A stretch of 64,000 nucleotides of DNA from Scrofimicrobium sp. (GTDB taxonomy: Bacteria > Actinomycetota > Actinomycetes > Actinomycetales > Actinomycetaceae), in NCBI GenBank assembly GCA_049291975.1, contig JBATQJ010000152.1, positions 601-64,600 on the forward strand, read 5' to 3'. The notes beneath the pieces are model-generated. The model searched no databases and was not told the origin of the DNA. It worked only from the letters and a program-made list of their open reading frames with translations. Position numbers and translations under genes: made by a program. Shown here in pieces: positions 18,315 through 28,080 of this stretch (position 1 is the stretch's first letter; each line of letters starts with the position of its first letter).

Positions 18315-19064
18315 ATGCCCGGGCGTTTCCTAATGATGACCACGCGAACGATCGAAACAGTTGCCGAATCGGAACGCGAAGCGATGCTTAGGCTGACTGG
18401 GCTGGGTGAGGATGATCTGGTGAACGTCCGGCTTGAGCGTGAGTTGTTCCCGCAGGTCGACTTCCGCCACTGGGACGGAGTGATTCTCTGTGGCTCCTCT
18501 TACGATGTCTCAGCGCGCGAAGATGACAAATCTCTGCGTCAACTCGACATCGAGAGGAACATGCGTGAGTTGACCACGCGTGCGATTAAGCAGGATTTCC
18601 CTATTCTGGGAATCTGTTACGGGCTGGGCATAGTCGCTCAGAATCTTGGCGGCACTGTCGGACATGACATCCATGAGGACATCTCCGCCCCCGTCTTGCA
18701 GGTGACCGCAGAGGGACGTCGAGATCCCCTTCTCGATGGCGTCCCGGAGCGGTTCCACGCCTATGTTGGACACCATGAGTCGGTCGTCATCCCACCGCCG
18801 CAGATGGTTCCGCTTGTGACTGGGGCAGTCGCTCCGCTACAAATGGCACGGGTAGGCCGGAACGTCTACCTGACCCAGTTCCACCCGGAGCTTGATTTTG
18901 AGGGAATAAGCGTTCGGATCGAGAGTTTTGCGGACTATGGCTACTATCCTCCGGAGGAGCGGGCACTGGTCGAGGCCCGGGTTGCCGGAGTCGATGTCAG
19001 CCACGCGCACAAGATTCTGAGCAACTTCGTGGAGCGTTTTTCCTCAGATCGGTATGCCGCTTAA
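18315..19064 (+). CDS. Class I glutamine amidotransferase-like protein
   Basis: FPILGICYGLGIV (nucleophile elbow) and FHPE near the C-terminus. The start is ATG 18315, or 18333/18336; the track ORF start at 18054 overlaps hisN and is rejected. Confidence 0.8.
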   Translation: MPGRFLMMTTRTIETVAESEREAMLRLTGLGEDDLVNVRLERELFPQVDFRHWDGVILCGSSYDVSAREDDKSLRQLDIERNMRELTTRAIKQDFPILGICYGLGIVAQNLGGTVGHDIHEDISAPVLQVTAEGRRDPLLDGVPERFHAYVGHHESVVIPPPQMVPLVTGAVAPLQMARVGRNVYLTQFHPELDFEGISVRIESFADYGYYPPEERALVEARVAGVDVSHAHKILSNFVERFSSDRYAA

Positions 19065-19111
19065 ATCGAGCCATTTTCTTCTCGCGGTTGGGCATTGGTG
19101 TGCTCGGTCGG

Positions 19112-19522
19112 TCACCACTTCCCTGAACCGGGCCGCTCTGTAATGTCGAACCACTCAAGTGGCACATCGAACAGTGCTTCTACCAGCACATTCGCCTCGT
19201 CTTCATCCTCGGAAACCAGAATCTGACGCACAATCTCGGCTCCCTCGCGTCCGTCTGCCATTAGGGAATCAATCTGATCCCATGACTCGAAGAACTCGCC
19301 GTCACCAGGCAAATCGCCCACAGCAACGACGCGGCGACCCTCACCGCCAATCTCCTGTGCCAGTTCGAGCGATAGAAACGAGGCCTCATCCAGGGCTTCC
19401 TCTAGCTCAGCCTCGCGGTCATCGGGCGTGGCGCCTGCGGGGACTACAGCATTGATGACCTGGCGTTTCGGCGGATTGGTATCCGAAAGTTCGGCCGGGG
19501 TTAGGGGAAGGTAGGCGCGCAT
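19112..19522 (-). CDS. Conserved acidic hypothetical protein
   Basis: A 136-aa ORF with coding-type composition (MRAYLPLTPAEL...). No motif recognised. Confidence 0.65.
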   Translation of the reverse strand: MRAYLPLTPAELSDTNPPKRQVINAVVPAGATPDDREAELEEALDEASFLSLELAQEIGGEGRRVVAVGDLPGDGEFFESWDQIDSLMADGREGAEIVRQILVSEDEDEANVLVEALFDVPLEWFDITERPGSGKW

Positions 19523-19732
19523 GAAACCAGTGTGCCACGTCAGATCCGAGCTTCAAGGAGACCCTCTCTGTGTGAACCCCGGTTAGGTCCTTTTTCCACA
19601 GGCTCGCAGATTGAATCTCTCCCCCTGGGGGCACTGCTAATGTCACTTTTCATCCAGAAAGTACGGCACGCTCAGGGAAGCGGAAACGCCCAATCGAATG
19701 CCCGATCAGGTGGCCAGTGACAGGAGTGAGTC

Positions 19733-20866
19733 GTGAGTGTAAAGGTTGAAAGAGCGGTCGTTGTTCGGTCCGATGGTTTGGGCTCAAAGGCGGTCCAGCC
19801 TTCGGCTAGTTCAAGAAAGCCGCCATCGCATCGAAGAGGTAGTCGACATCTTCGAGCTACCGGGGTCTTGTTGGTTCCGGCTTTAGTTCTGGGCCTGACA
19901 GTACTGGCAGGACAGCACCTGATTCCTCTGGTTACAGCACGAGGCTTCCATGGCCCCGAAGCCCTAGCACTGATTCTTGTAGTCATGATTGAAGCGGCCG
20001 CCCTCTGGTTCCTGGTATGGGCTGCATTGGCGTTGCTTTCGACCGTTCGGTTACTCCCCGCTAGGTTCCGTTCGCGGTTAGCCACTTCGGTCATTTCCTA
20101 CGCGCCGACTGCTGCGAAGACCATTGCCTCCCGCGCACTCGTCTCGACTGCAATCGCGGGCTCAGCTCTGGTCGGTCCAGCAGCGTTTGCGGAGGACCTG
20201 GACTCCGGCGTTGACGATCTGCTCTGGGATACCGCCACTGCTACGACCGACGTTCTGGACACAGCAGCTAGCGGGGCGCAAGAGGTCTGGCTCCCGGGCG
20301 CCACAACCGAAGCACTACCAGGCGAAAACTCCGAATCCTGGTCCGCGACCGCGCATGACCCAACAGGGGCTCAGGCCTCTCCGCAGACTCAGGTGCAGGC
20401 AGAGACCCCCGTACCATCGACCACTCCGGCCGGAGCCGAAATGGGTGAACCTGAACGCGCCGATGCCGCGCCCACCCACGCTTCCGCGGCGACCTCCAGC
20501 GCTACAGGCATCACCCCGAAGACTGACGAGGTCACCCGTAGCGGGGCAAGCAAATACGCCGCACGGCACCAACTCCGCGATCATGAACTGACATCAGGGT
20601 CGATCGGTAACAACGCCAATCGGCCGGTTCAGTCCGCTATGACTGAACCAGAGGCCATAGATGAAGCACGCGTTGCAGAAACCCTCAGCTACACCGTAGA
20701 ACCGGGTGATTGCCTCTGGAACATTGCTAAGGCTCAGCTCCCGCAAAGTGCCGGGGACCAGGAAATTGAAGAGGCTTGGAAGCAGATCTACCAGGACAAC
20801 CAGGACATCATCGGATCGGACCCAAATCTCATTGAGCCGGGACAGGTTTTCTCACTCCGAGGGTGA
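19733..20866 (+). CDS. Membrane-anchored LysM domain protein
   Basis: N-terminal hydrophobic helices, a low-complexity Ala/Thr/Pro linker and a C-terminal LysM domain (YTVEPGDCLWNIAKAQL...IEPGQVFSL). GTG start with AGGAG upstream. Confidence 0.8.
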   Translation: MSVKVERAVVVRSDGLGSKAVQPSASSRKPPSHRRGSRHLRATGVLLVPALVLGLTVLAGQHLIPLVTARGFHGPEALALILVVMIEAAALWFLVWAALALLSTVRLLPARFRSRLATSVISYAPTAAKTIASRALVSTAIAGSALVGPAAFAEDLDSGVDDLLWDTATATTDVLDTAASGAQEVWLPGATTEALPGENSESWSATAHDPTGAQASPQTQVQAETPVPSTTPAGAEMGEPERADAAPTHASAATSSATGITPKTDEVTRSGASKYAARHQLRDHELTSGSIGNNANRPVQSAMTEPEAIDEARVAETLSYTVEPGDCLWNIAKAQLPQSAGDQEIEEAWKQIYQDNQDIIGSDPNLIEPGQVFSLRG

Positions 20867-20912
20867 TCGGACCACGGATCCAGGTGAAGTTGACTATGAG
20901 GAGTAGAGCCAA

Positions 20913-21398
20913 ATGACCGCACAGACCCTGGTCTCGACGCAGAGCCACGCGGCACGAAAGAAGCATCCGATTCGCTCGTACTCTCCGCTCTACCCACCTC
21001 ATCGCGCCAGCACCCCCTCAACAGATGTCGACTCGGAGGAACATGGCTTACTGGAGGCAAACAAGCCGTGTCCCTCTGATGACAACCCCGAGATGTGGGC
21101 CCTGGCTCTTGCAAGTGCAATTTTCGATGCGATGGCGGGAAGAAGAGATCTCCGGAGTCTGGACCGATGGATCACCAGAGAACTGTTCACTCAGCTTGCA
21201 AAGTCATGCCTGCCATATCAAAGGGGCGATCAGAAGCCGCTTCGCTCCCAGCCGTGTTCGACTCGGACCTGGTACGTCTCAAGTAGGGTAGCGGAGATCG
21301 CCGTGACCGTATGGGATCAAGATCGACTGCGCGCCGTGGCAATGCGAATGGCGCTACGCAACAAGGGTTGGATAGTCACCGCCGTGGAGTATGGATAG
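20913..21398 (+). CDS. Rv3235-family conserved actinobacterial protein
   Basis: AIFDAMAGRRDLRSLDRWIT..LF..L...VAEIAVTVWDQDRLRAVAMRM matches my recollection of this family, which is typically found near secA. Confidence 0.7.
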   Translation: MTAQTLVSTQSHAARKKHPIRSYSPLYPPHRASTPSTDVDSEEHGLLEANKPCPSDDNPEMWALALASAIFDAMAGRRDLRSLDRWITRELFTQLAKSCLPYQRGDQKPLRSQPCSTRTWYVSSRVAEIAVTVWDQDRLRAVAMRMALRNKGWIVTAVEYG

Positions 21399-21415
21399 TG
21401 TCTCGCACCGTCCAG

Positions 21416-24313
21416 CTAGCGCTTTTTCGAGCCACCCTTCTTCTTCGACTGGGCACGGCGTTGCGCTCGGTTCATGCTTGTCTGTGACGAGGTGGGGGCT
21501 CCCCCGACAGTCTGAGCCGCTTCACCCGGACCTTCGAGCGTCATTCGCTTGGGTGCGGCCTGCCGCCCAACGTCTCCCATAACGTTCTTGACTGCCCTGG
21601 CGGGAGCTGGACCCTGTTTCGCGGCCTTCTTGTCCTTCGTGCTCTGCTTAGCCGTGGCGTTCTTGCTTGCATCACTCGCCGGTGTTGCCGCAACGTTCGC
21701 GGCAATGCCAGCTGCTGCCACGCCGGCACCGGAAACATCGACGCCGGAGGCCAGCAACTCCTCACGCTGTTCCTGAAGCTTCTGGAACTGGGTGGAGTAG
21801 TTGAACAACTGCTGGACCGACTCCTCCTGAATCCGCTCCATCATCGCCTGGAACATCAGCGCGCCTTCGTCTTTGTATTCGACGAGGGGATCACGCTGAC
21901 CCATTGCGCGGAGACCAATGCCTTCCTTGAGATAGTCCATCTCGTACAGGTGCTCCCGCCACAGGCGATCAACTGTCGCTAAGACTACTCGACGCTGTAG
22001 CTCGCTTCGCGGATCATCACCAAGCTGATCAATTGCAATGGGGTTCGATGCAAGATCCTCGACCGCGGTCTGATACGTGGCCTTGATGTCCCCCGTCAGC
22101 TCAAACGTGATGTCTTCGCGCGTTATGCCCTGCAGTCCTCCATGTTCCTCAAGCACCTCGTCAACTGTTACTGAGACCGGGTAGTATCCGCGCAGCTCAA
22201 CCCAGAGCTTGTCCAGATCCCACTCTTCAGCCCTCTCTGCTGCGGTGAACTGAGCCACGGCGTTGGAAACCAGTGATTCCTGAAACTGATCAACCTGATC
22301 GGCCAGATCCTCTCCACCCAAGACTCGTGCTCGCTCCTCATAGACGAGCGAACGCTGGGCGTTCATAACGTCGTCATATTTCAGAACGTTCTTTCGAATC
22401 TCAAAGTTCCGTGACTCAACCTGCTGCTGCGCTGACTGAATCGAACGGGAAACCATCTTTGACTCAAGAGGCATGTCCTCCGGGTAAGCACCCGACATCA
22501 TTATTCTCTGTGCCATTCCTGAGTTGAACAGGCGCATCAGGTCGTCTTCCATCGACAGATAGAAACGGGACTCGCCCGGGTCTCCCTGACGTCCGGAACG
22601 ACCGCGGAGCTGGTTGTCGATGCGGCGGGACTCGTGACGCTCAGAGCCGAGGACGTAGAGTCCGCCCAGTTCCGCCACCTCGTCGTGCTCTTCCGAAACC
22701 GCTCTGCGCGCGTCCTCAAGCGCGTCAGCCCAAGCCTCGCGGTACTCCTCTGGATACTCGTCGGGATCGAGACCGCGACTCTTGAGGTTGGCCTGAGCGA
22801 TGAACTCTGCGTTACCACCCAGCATGATGTCAGTACCACGACCAGCCATGTTGGTTGCAACAGTGACGGCACCCTTGCGTCCGGCCATGGCAACGACCTG
22901 CGCTTCGCGTTCGTGTTCCTTGGCGTTTAGAACCTGGCGAGGAATACCGCGCTCAGCCAACATCGATGCGAGCAGTTCGGACTTTTCGACGGAGGTGGTG
23001 CCGACCAGTACCGGCTGCCCCTTCTTGTGACGCTCCGCGATGTCATCAATGATCGCGTTGAGCTTGCCCCCCATGCTCGGGTAGACCAGGTCGGACTGAT
23101 CAACGCGGATCATGTCGCGGTTTGTCGGAATCGGGATAACTCCGATCTTGTAGGTCGAGGCGAACTCCGCTGCCTCGGTTTCCGCAGTACCGGTCATGCC
23201 CGAGCGCGAACCCTCGGGATAAAGACGGAAGTAGTTCTGCAGAGTCACCGTTGCCAGCGTCTGGTTCTCAGCCTTGATCTCTACCTTCTCTTTGGCTTCG
23301 ATCGCCTGGTGCATACCTTCGTTGTAGCGCCGCCCTGGTAGAACACGCCCGGTGTGCTCGTCAACAATCAGAACTTCCCCGCTCTTGACGATGTAGTCCT
23401 TGTCCCGGTGGTACAGCTCCTTGGCACGAATCGCATTGTTCAGGAAGCCGATCAAAGGGGTGTTGGCCGCCTCGTACAGATTGTCGACTCCCAGCTGATC
23501 CTCGACCTTCTCAATCCCGGGTTCGAGGATGCCTACGGTGCGCTTCTTCTCATCGACCTCGTAGTCGATCTCTGGTTCGAGGACCTGAGAGATCCTCGCG
23601 AACTCCGTGTACCAACGATTCAGGTCGCCGGACGCGGGGCCGGAGATGATCAGAGGGGTTCGCGCCTCATCGATGAGGATCGAGTCAACCTCGTCAACAA
23701 TTACGAAGTTGTGCCCGCGCTGCACCTGATCTTCCGGGCGCTGCGCCATGTTGTCACGCAGGTAGTCGAAGCCGAACTCATTGTTGGTTCCGTAGGTGAT
23801 GTCAGCGTTGTAGACACCGCGGCGCTGCTCGGGAGTCTGCCCCTGAAGGACACACCCAACTGTGAGTCCAAGGAACTTGTATATGCGTCCCATCATCTCT
23901 GACTGGTATTCAGCAAGGTAGTCATTGACCGTGACGACGTGCACGCCGTTGCCCTCAAGGGCACGAAGGTAAGAGGGCATGGTCGCGACCAGGGTCTTGC
24001 CTTCACCGGTCTTCATTTCTGCAATGTTTCCACCGTGAAGGGCCGCACCGCCCATTACCTGAACGTGGAACGGCTTCATTCGCAATACTCGCCAAGCTGC
24101 CTCTCGCACCGTTGCGAAAGCTTCAACCAGAATGTCATCAAGGGTCTCACCATCGGCAAGGCGTGCCTTGAACTCATCGGTCTTTGCCTGAAGCTCCTCA
24201 TCTGAGAGATTCGCGAAGTCTTCTTCGAGCGCATCCACCTGGGTGGCTATGTTGTCGAGCTTGCGAAGCTGTCGGCCTTCACCGGCCCTGAGGATCTTGT
24301 CAACAAATGACAC
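21416..24313 (-). CDS. secA: Preprotein translocase ATPase SecA
   Basis: [31 protein letters not shown] and [12 protein letters not shown] at 24313 ([14 protein letters not shown]) with AGGAG upstream is preferred over the track start at 24358. Confidence 0.95.
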   Translation of the reverse strand: MSFVDKILRAGEGRQLRKLDNIATQVDALEEDFANLSDEELQAKTDEFKARLADGETLDDILVEAFATVREAAWRVLRMKPFHVQVMGGAALHGGNIAEMKTGEGKTLVATMPSYLRALEGNGVHVVTVNDYLAEYQSEMMGRIYKFLGLTVGCVLQGQTPEQRRGVYNADITYGTNNEFGFDYLRDNMAQRPEDQVQRGHNFVIVDEVDSILIDEARTPLIISGPASGDLNRWYTEFARISQVLEPEIDYEVDEKKRTVGILEPGIEKVEDQLGVDNLYEAANTPLIGFLNNAIRAKELYHRDKDYIVKSGEVLIVDEHTGRVLPGRRYNEGMHQAIEAKEKVEIKAENQTLATVTLQNYFRLYPEGSRSGMTGTAETEAAEFASTYKIGVIPIPTNRDMIRVDQSDLVYPSMGGKLNAIIDDIAERHKKGQPVLVGTTSVEKSELLASMLAERGIPRQVLNAKEHEREAQVVAMAGRKGAVTVATNMAGRGTDIMLGGNAEFIAQANLKSRGLDPDEYPEEYREAWADALEDARRAVSEEHDEVAELGGLYVLGSERHESRRIDNQLRGRSGRQGDPGESRFYLSMEDDLMRLFNSGMAQRIMMSGAYPEDMPLESKMVSRSIQSAQQQVESRNFEIRKNVLKYDDVMNAQRSLVYEERARVLGGEDLADQVDQFQESLVSNAVAQFTAAERAEEWDLDKLWVELRGYYPVSVTVDEVLEEHGGLQGITREDITFELTGDIKATYQTAVEDLASNPIAIDQLGDDPRSELQRRVVLATVDRLWREHLYEMDYLKEGIGLRAMGQRDPLVEYKDEGALMFQAMMERIQEESVQQLFNYSTQFQKLQEQREELLASGVDVSGAGVAAAGIAANVAATPASDASKNATAKQSTKDKKAAKQGPAPARAVKNVMGDVGRQAAPKRMTLEGPGEAAQTVGGAPTSSQTSMNRAQRRAQSKKKGGSKKR

Positions 24314-24671
24314 TGGGACTCCTAATCTTTGCCTTCGCGGCGCTGCTGGCGAAGGCAACGTGGGCGATCTGCCCGCTAACCATCCTCCAGTCTACGGAAT
24401 TCCTCGCAGGTAGGCCCCTACGCAGAGCAAAAGCACCGTGAGATTCCAGCAACTAAGCGACAGAAGCAATCCTTGCGCTATCGGCTAACACCACCCGTTT
24501 CGATTCTGAGAAACAGGTCACAGTCAAGTAAGATTAATGAACTCTCTCAGAGAGCCGGGCGTGAGCCCAATCGATATGTGATCGATATTGTGAAGGAGGC
24601 ACGCAATACAGCGAAGCTCCTTTAGCTTCGCGGTTCACTTTTCCAAATCCGAAGGTTTCCTGGAGGCCCTA

Positions 24672-25346
24672 ATGGACATCGTCGTCACCGGACGCAACGC
24701 AGAAATTCATCCAAACTTCCGCCAAGCGGTAGAAGACAAGCTTGAGAAAGTAACGCTCTTCTATCCTCGTGCTCAACGCGTCGAGGTCGTGCTAACGCAC
24801 GAAAGTAATCCTCGCCTCGCTGACCGTAGCGAGCGGATTGAGTTGACTGTCTATGGAAAGGGACCCGTTATTCGAGCCGAGGCCGAGTCTGCGGACCGCT
24901 ACTCGGCAGTCGACCTGGCAAGCGCCAAACTGTTTGAACGTCTGCGCAGAATGCGCGATCGGGTGAAGGACCGTCGCAAGGGCAAGGGTAGCGCCGCACC
25001 TGAGCCAAACGGACTGGCCCCTGAGATTATTGATGAGGCACTGACCGAGGACTTCACTGACGCCGAGGATTGGGCACTTCGCTCAGCAGAAGACCTTAAG
25101 GTTGGCGAGGTACGTGAGGAGCAGCTTGGCGATTCGCCGGTGCTGGTTCGTCAGAAGGTACATGAGGCCGCGCCGATGTCCGTTGATGAAGCACTACAGC
25201 AGATGGAACTGGTCGGACACCCGTTCTTCCTGTTTATTGATCAGGACACCATGCAGCCTTGCGTTGCATACCACCGCAAAGGTTGGACTTACGGAATCAT
25301 CCGCCTGAACACCAGGGTGGATTCAAAGGGAGTAGTAAACAGCTAG
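24672..25346 (+). CDS. hpf: Ribosome hibernation promoting factor, long form
   Basis: N-terminal S30AE/RaiA domain (MDIVVTGRN...YSAVDLASAKLERQL-like) and C-terminal dimerisation domain (MSVDEALQQMELVGHPFFLF). Confidence 0.95.
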   Translation: MDIVVTGRNAEIHPNFRQAVEDKLEKVTLFYPRAQRVEVVLTHESNPRLADRSERIELTVYGKGPVIRAEAESADRYSAVDLASAKLFERLRRMRDRVKDRRKGKGSAAPEPNGLAPEIIDEALTEDFTDAEDWALRSAEDLKVGEVREEQLGDSPVLVRQKVHEAAPMSVDEALQQMELVGHPFFLFIDQDTMQPCVAYHRKGWTYGIIRLNTRVDSKGVVNS

Positions 25347-25360
25347 TAGAAGGTAACGCG

Positions 25361-25402
25361 ACCCCCGTGTGATGAAGCAACGATGCCGAACCACACGGGG
25401 GT
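25361..25402 (+). terminator. Stem-loop after hpf
   Basis: 11-bp perfect stem ACCCCCGTGTG / CACACGGGGGT with a 20-nt loop, 15 nt after the hpf stop. No strong U-tract. Confidence 0.55.
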
Positions 25403-25518
25403 TCTAGCGTCTCTGCGGTGTTTCACACCCTTTCCTAACAGTTTCCTGTTTTGATGCTTATCCCCGGGAACATCCGCTACCGGACACGGACAAGCCGGAA
25501 ATGGCGTACTAATGGCCC

Positions 25519-26358
25519 ATGAACCCAGATTTCGCTACTTGGGCTGATCGGGCCAGCCGAGCCCATCGAACACTGCGCGCCCTCATCTGGTCAGTCCAGT
25601 GCGCTGGCTGCAACAGGTGGGACGAGCTTTTATGTGCCCATTGCGCGCGCCTGGGGACAAAGATTCCCACTGACCTTGTCCTGGATGATGCTGAGGGAAT
25701 CCCCTCCTGGCCGATGCTCGCAAATGGTAAGTATGAGGGAGCACTTCGAAACATTCTCCTCGCCGCAAAACATGACCCTGTCATGGACCTTAGTGAGTTT
25801 CTTTTTCAGGCCGGTTACACGCTTGGTACGAACCTTGGGAAACGGGTACATATCGAACGAGGCGAGAAGATCTGGGTGGTTCCAGTTCCCAGTTCAAGGA
25901 AACGCCAGCGCGATCACGCAGAGATCGTTCCGTTTATCGCGGAGGGAGTTCAGATCGGACTCAGGAATGCTCTAGCTCTTCGCACTGATACTGCGGGTCT
26001 TCGTACCGACGCTCCGACGGGCGCAGTCCCTCAGGTTAGCGTTGTTTACGCAGTACGACCTCGCTCCCTCTTCGCCCTCGCATCGACAGAGAAGACAACT
26101 ACCGCATCTCTCCTCGAACGATTCGTTCCTGCACCCATAACAGCGATACGCAGCAGCTCACAGCGGGGACGAGGTGTTCGCGCCCGGGGTTTAGCGCGAG
26201 CCGGGACAATGGAACTTGCCCTTAAGCTTCCTAAGAACGTTCGAGTCGTCGTCGTTGACGACGTTTGTGCTTCCGGGGCGACGCTACGGGAAGTCCTGAG
26301 ACACGTTGGTGATCAGACACTGGCGATAGCCGTGGTTGCAGCGAGTGGACCCTCTTAG
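25519..26358 (+). CDS. ComF-family phosphoribosyltransferase-domain protein
   Basis: N-terminal Cys-rich motif (CAGC...CAHC) and a C-terminal PRTase loop (VVVVDDVCASGATLRE). Confidence 0.85.
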   Translation: MNPDFATWADRASRAHRTLRALIWSVQCAGCNRWDELLCAHCARLGTKIPTDLVLDDAEGIPSWPMLANGKYEGALRNILLAAKHDPVMDLSEFLFQAGYTLGTNLGKRVHIERGEKIWVVPVPSSRKRQRDHAEIVPFIAEGVQIGLRNALALRTDTAGLRTDAPTGAVPQVSVVYAVRPRSLFALASTEKTTTASLLERFVPAPITAIRSSSQRGRGVRARGLARAGTMELALKLPKNVRVVVVDDVCASGATLREVLRHVGDQTLAIAVVAASGPS

Positions 26359-26415
26359 CCCAGGGAAGCAACCTGGACGGCCCCGAGACCGCCACCAGCG
26401 GAACCCCGGACCCTC

Positions 26416-28080
26416 TTAGCCCGGGGAGGCAATGTACTCAAACGATCCGGATATCGGCCGCCATGACGCCCCTACCCGCTGAAATGCGGCCTGATCTTCC
26501 CGCTGGGTGATCCACTCCGAGCCACCCACCCCAGAGTTCACCCAACGCACCTCATCCGGGGCCGGGTACCTCGCCAGGAATCCTCCAACTGGCACCACCC
26601 TGACTTGGCGTTCCTCGGGTTCAGCGACGGCCGTGTTCGTCAGGGTCAGCAACGTTGTTGAACCCGCCCACGAAATGCTGAGGACCGAGTCGACCAGCCT
26701 CTCTTCCGGACTCAAGCGCGAGACAGAGACCTTCCCCTCCGAGTCCCGGACGAGGGTGCCGATCCAGACTCCCCCCGAGCGTGTCAGCAGAGCGATCCTC
26801 GCCCCGCCGGGTGACACTGCCACCTGCACGACCTCTTGCTCGCTCAGTCCCGTCGCTACTGGCGACGGCTCCGCACCGGGCTGAATAACAACAATCTCGC
26901 CTCTGTTCCCCGCGGTCGTCGTCCAGACGTTTCCCCACCGATCGATGCTCGGCTTCGAGGGTCCCGCGAGCTCCACCGTTCTCACTTCCCCGCCAGTGCT
27001 CTGCGCAATTGAAACGGTGTCATCATTCCCAATCCACGCGAGAGGGCTGTCAGTCAATGGCCCGACGGCGGGATAGGCCGGATTCTCTCCCACGCCTTCA
27101 GCGGGCACTACAACCCGGTTGTCCGAGGAGAGACCAGCGTTTATTGCCCCCTCTTGAAGCCAAACGAGCCGTTCAAGGCTGTAGGCGGGACCCATCGGCG
27201 GCTCCGGAGCATCCAGGTTCACGTCATTGACCGTGATCACAACGTCCGTAACCGTCGCGGACTGCTTGAGCGTCTCCGTTATCTCCCACTTGAGAAGTCT
27301 GCGGGACTGGGCGTCGTCGGGCGCCTGCCCACGTAGATCCACCCGGGCTACACCCTTGGCGACGTCCACGCTCTGGGTCGCCAAATCGAGTCCCTCGGCC
27401 AAATGACTCATTACAGCACCCTCAAGGATCTCCGGCGGCCCCTGAAGCACTGCCTGGGCCAGGTGTGAGGCGACACGCGAGCGCGGGACCCATCTTGGGT
27501 CCGCGACCAGTTCCTCGCCGTCAGCTGACACAAAATAGACGTTGAACGCGCTGAATTCCGTGGTGAACGACGATTGGGAGAGGATCACCCCGTCCTCAAG
27601 TGCCGCGATTCTCCACTCGCCATCCTGCTTCGCGAGCCGGAAACGAAGCGTAGTGTCCGTGTCTGTGCCGAACTCATGCAGGAACCCGTCCTCGCCCAAA
27701 GTCGCCTTTGTGGGAATCGTGAGCGTTACCTGCGCCGTGTTTCCGGACTCTTCCTCGCCCAACTCTGGGACCGGAATGTGGTCTGTGGAGAAAACCGTCA
27801 CCTGCGCGGTGGGTTGCCATGACGCCGCAGCATTCGGAAGCAAATAGGTTTTGGCCGTGTCGTAGTTATCGAACGAACCCGCCGCACTCGCACGTAGAAA
27901 GTCCGAAATCAGTTGTTCGGGAGTCGACCCAACCTGGGGTCCCGACCCGATCTGTCCCAGCGGCTCTCGGTCGGGTGCCTCAATCGGAAACGAGTGTGGT
28001 GAACCGGCCATCGGCAACTGGGCGCAACCAGTAACCAGGAGCAAGGTCGCCGCGATCAGTGCTGCTACCGATCTTCGCAT
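26416..28080 (-). CDS. lpqB: Lipoprotein LpqB
   Basis: Signal peptide with lipobox MRRSVAALIAATLLLVTGC. Conserved position after mtrB. The ATG at 28080 overlaps the mtrB TGA (ATGA). Confidence 0.9.
   Translation of the reverse strand: MRRSVAALIAATLLLVTGCAQLPMAGSPHSFPIEAPDREPLGQIGSGPQVGSTPEQLISDFLRASAAGSFDNYDTAKTYLLPNAAASWQPTAQVTVFSTDHIPVPELGEEESGNTAQVTLTIPTKATLGEDGFLHEFGTDTDTTLRFRLAKQDGEWRIAALEDGVILSQSSFTTEFSAFNVYFVSADGEELVADPRWVPRSRVASHLAQAVLQGPPEILEGAVMSHLAEGLDLATQSVDVAKGVARVDLRGQAPDDAQSRRLLKWEITETLKQSATVTDVVITVNDVNLDAPEPPMGPAYSLERLVWLQEGAINAGLSSDNRVVVPAEGVGENPAYPAVGPLTDSPLAWIGNDDTVSIAQSTGGEVRTVELAGPSKPSIDRWGNVWTTTAGNRGEIVVIQPGAEPSPVATGLSEQEVVQVAVSPGGARIALLTRSGGVWIGTLVRDSEGKVSVSRLSPEERLVDSVLSISWAGSTTLLTLTNTAVAEPEERQVRVVPVGGFLARYPAPDEVRWVNSGVGGSEWITQREDQAAFQRVGASWRPISGSFEYIASPG

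Noticed and set aside
24314-24358. 15-codon N-terminal extension of SecA ([15 protein letters not shown])
   Set aside because: The GTG at 24313 gives the canonical SecA N-terminus and has an AGGAG Shine-Dalgarno. The extension has neither.
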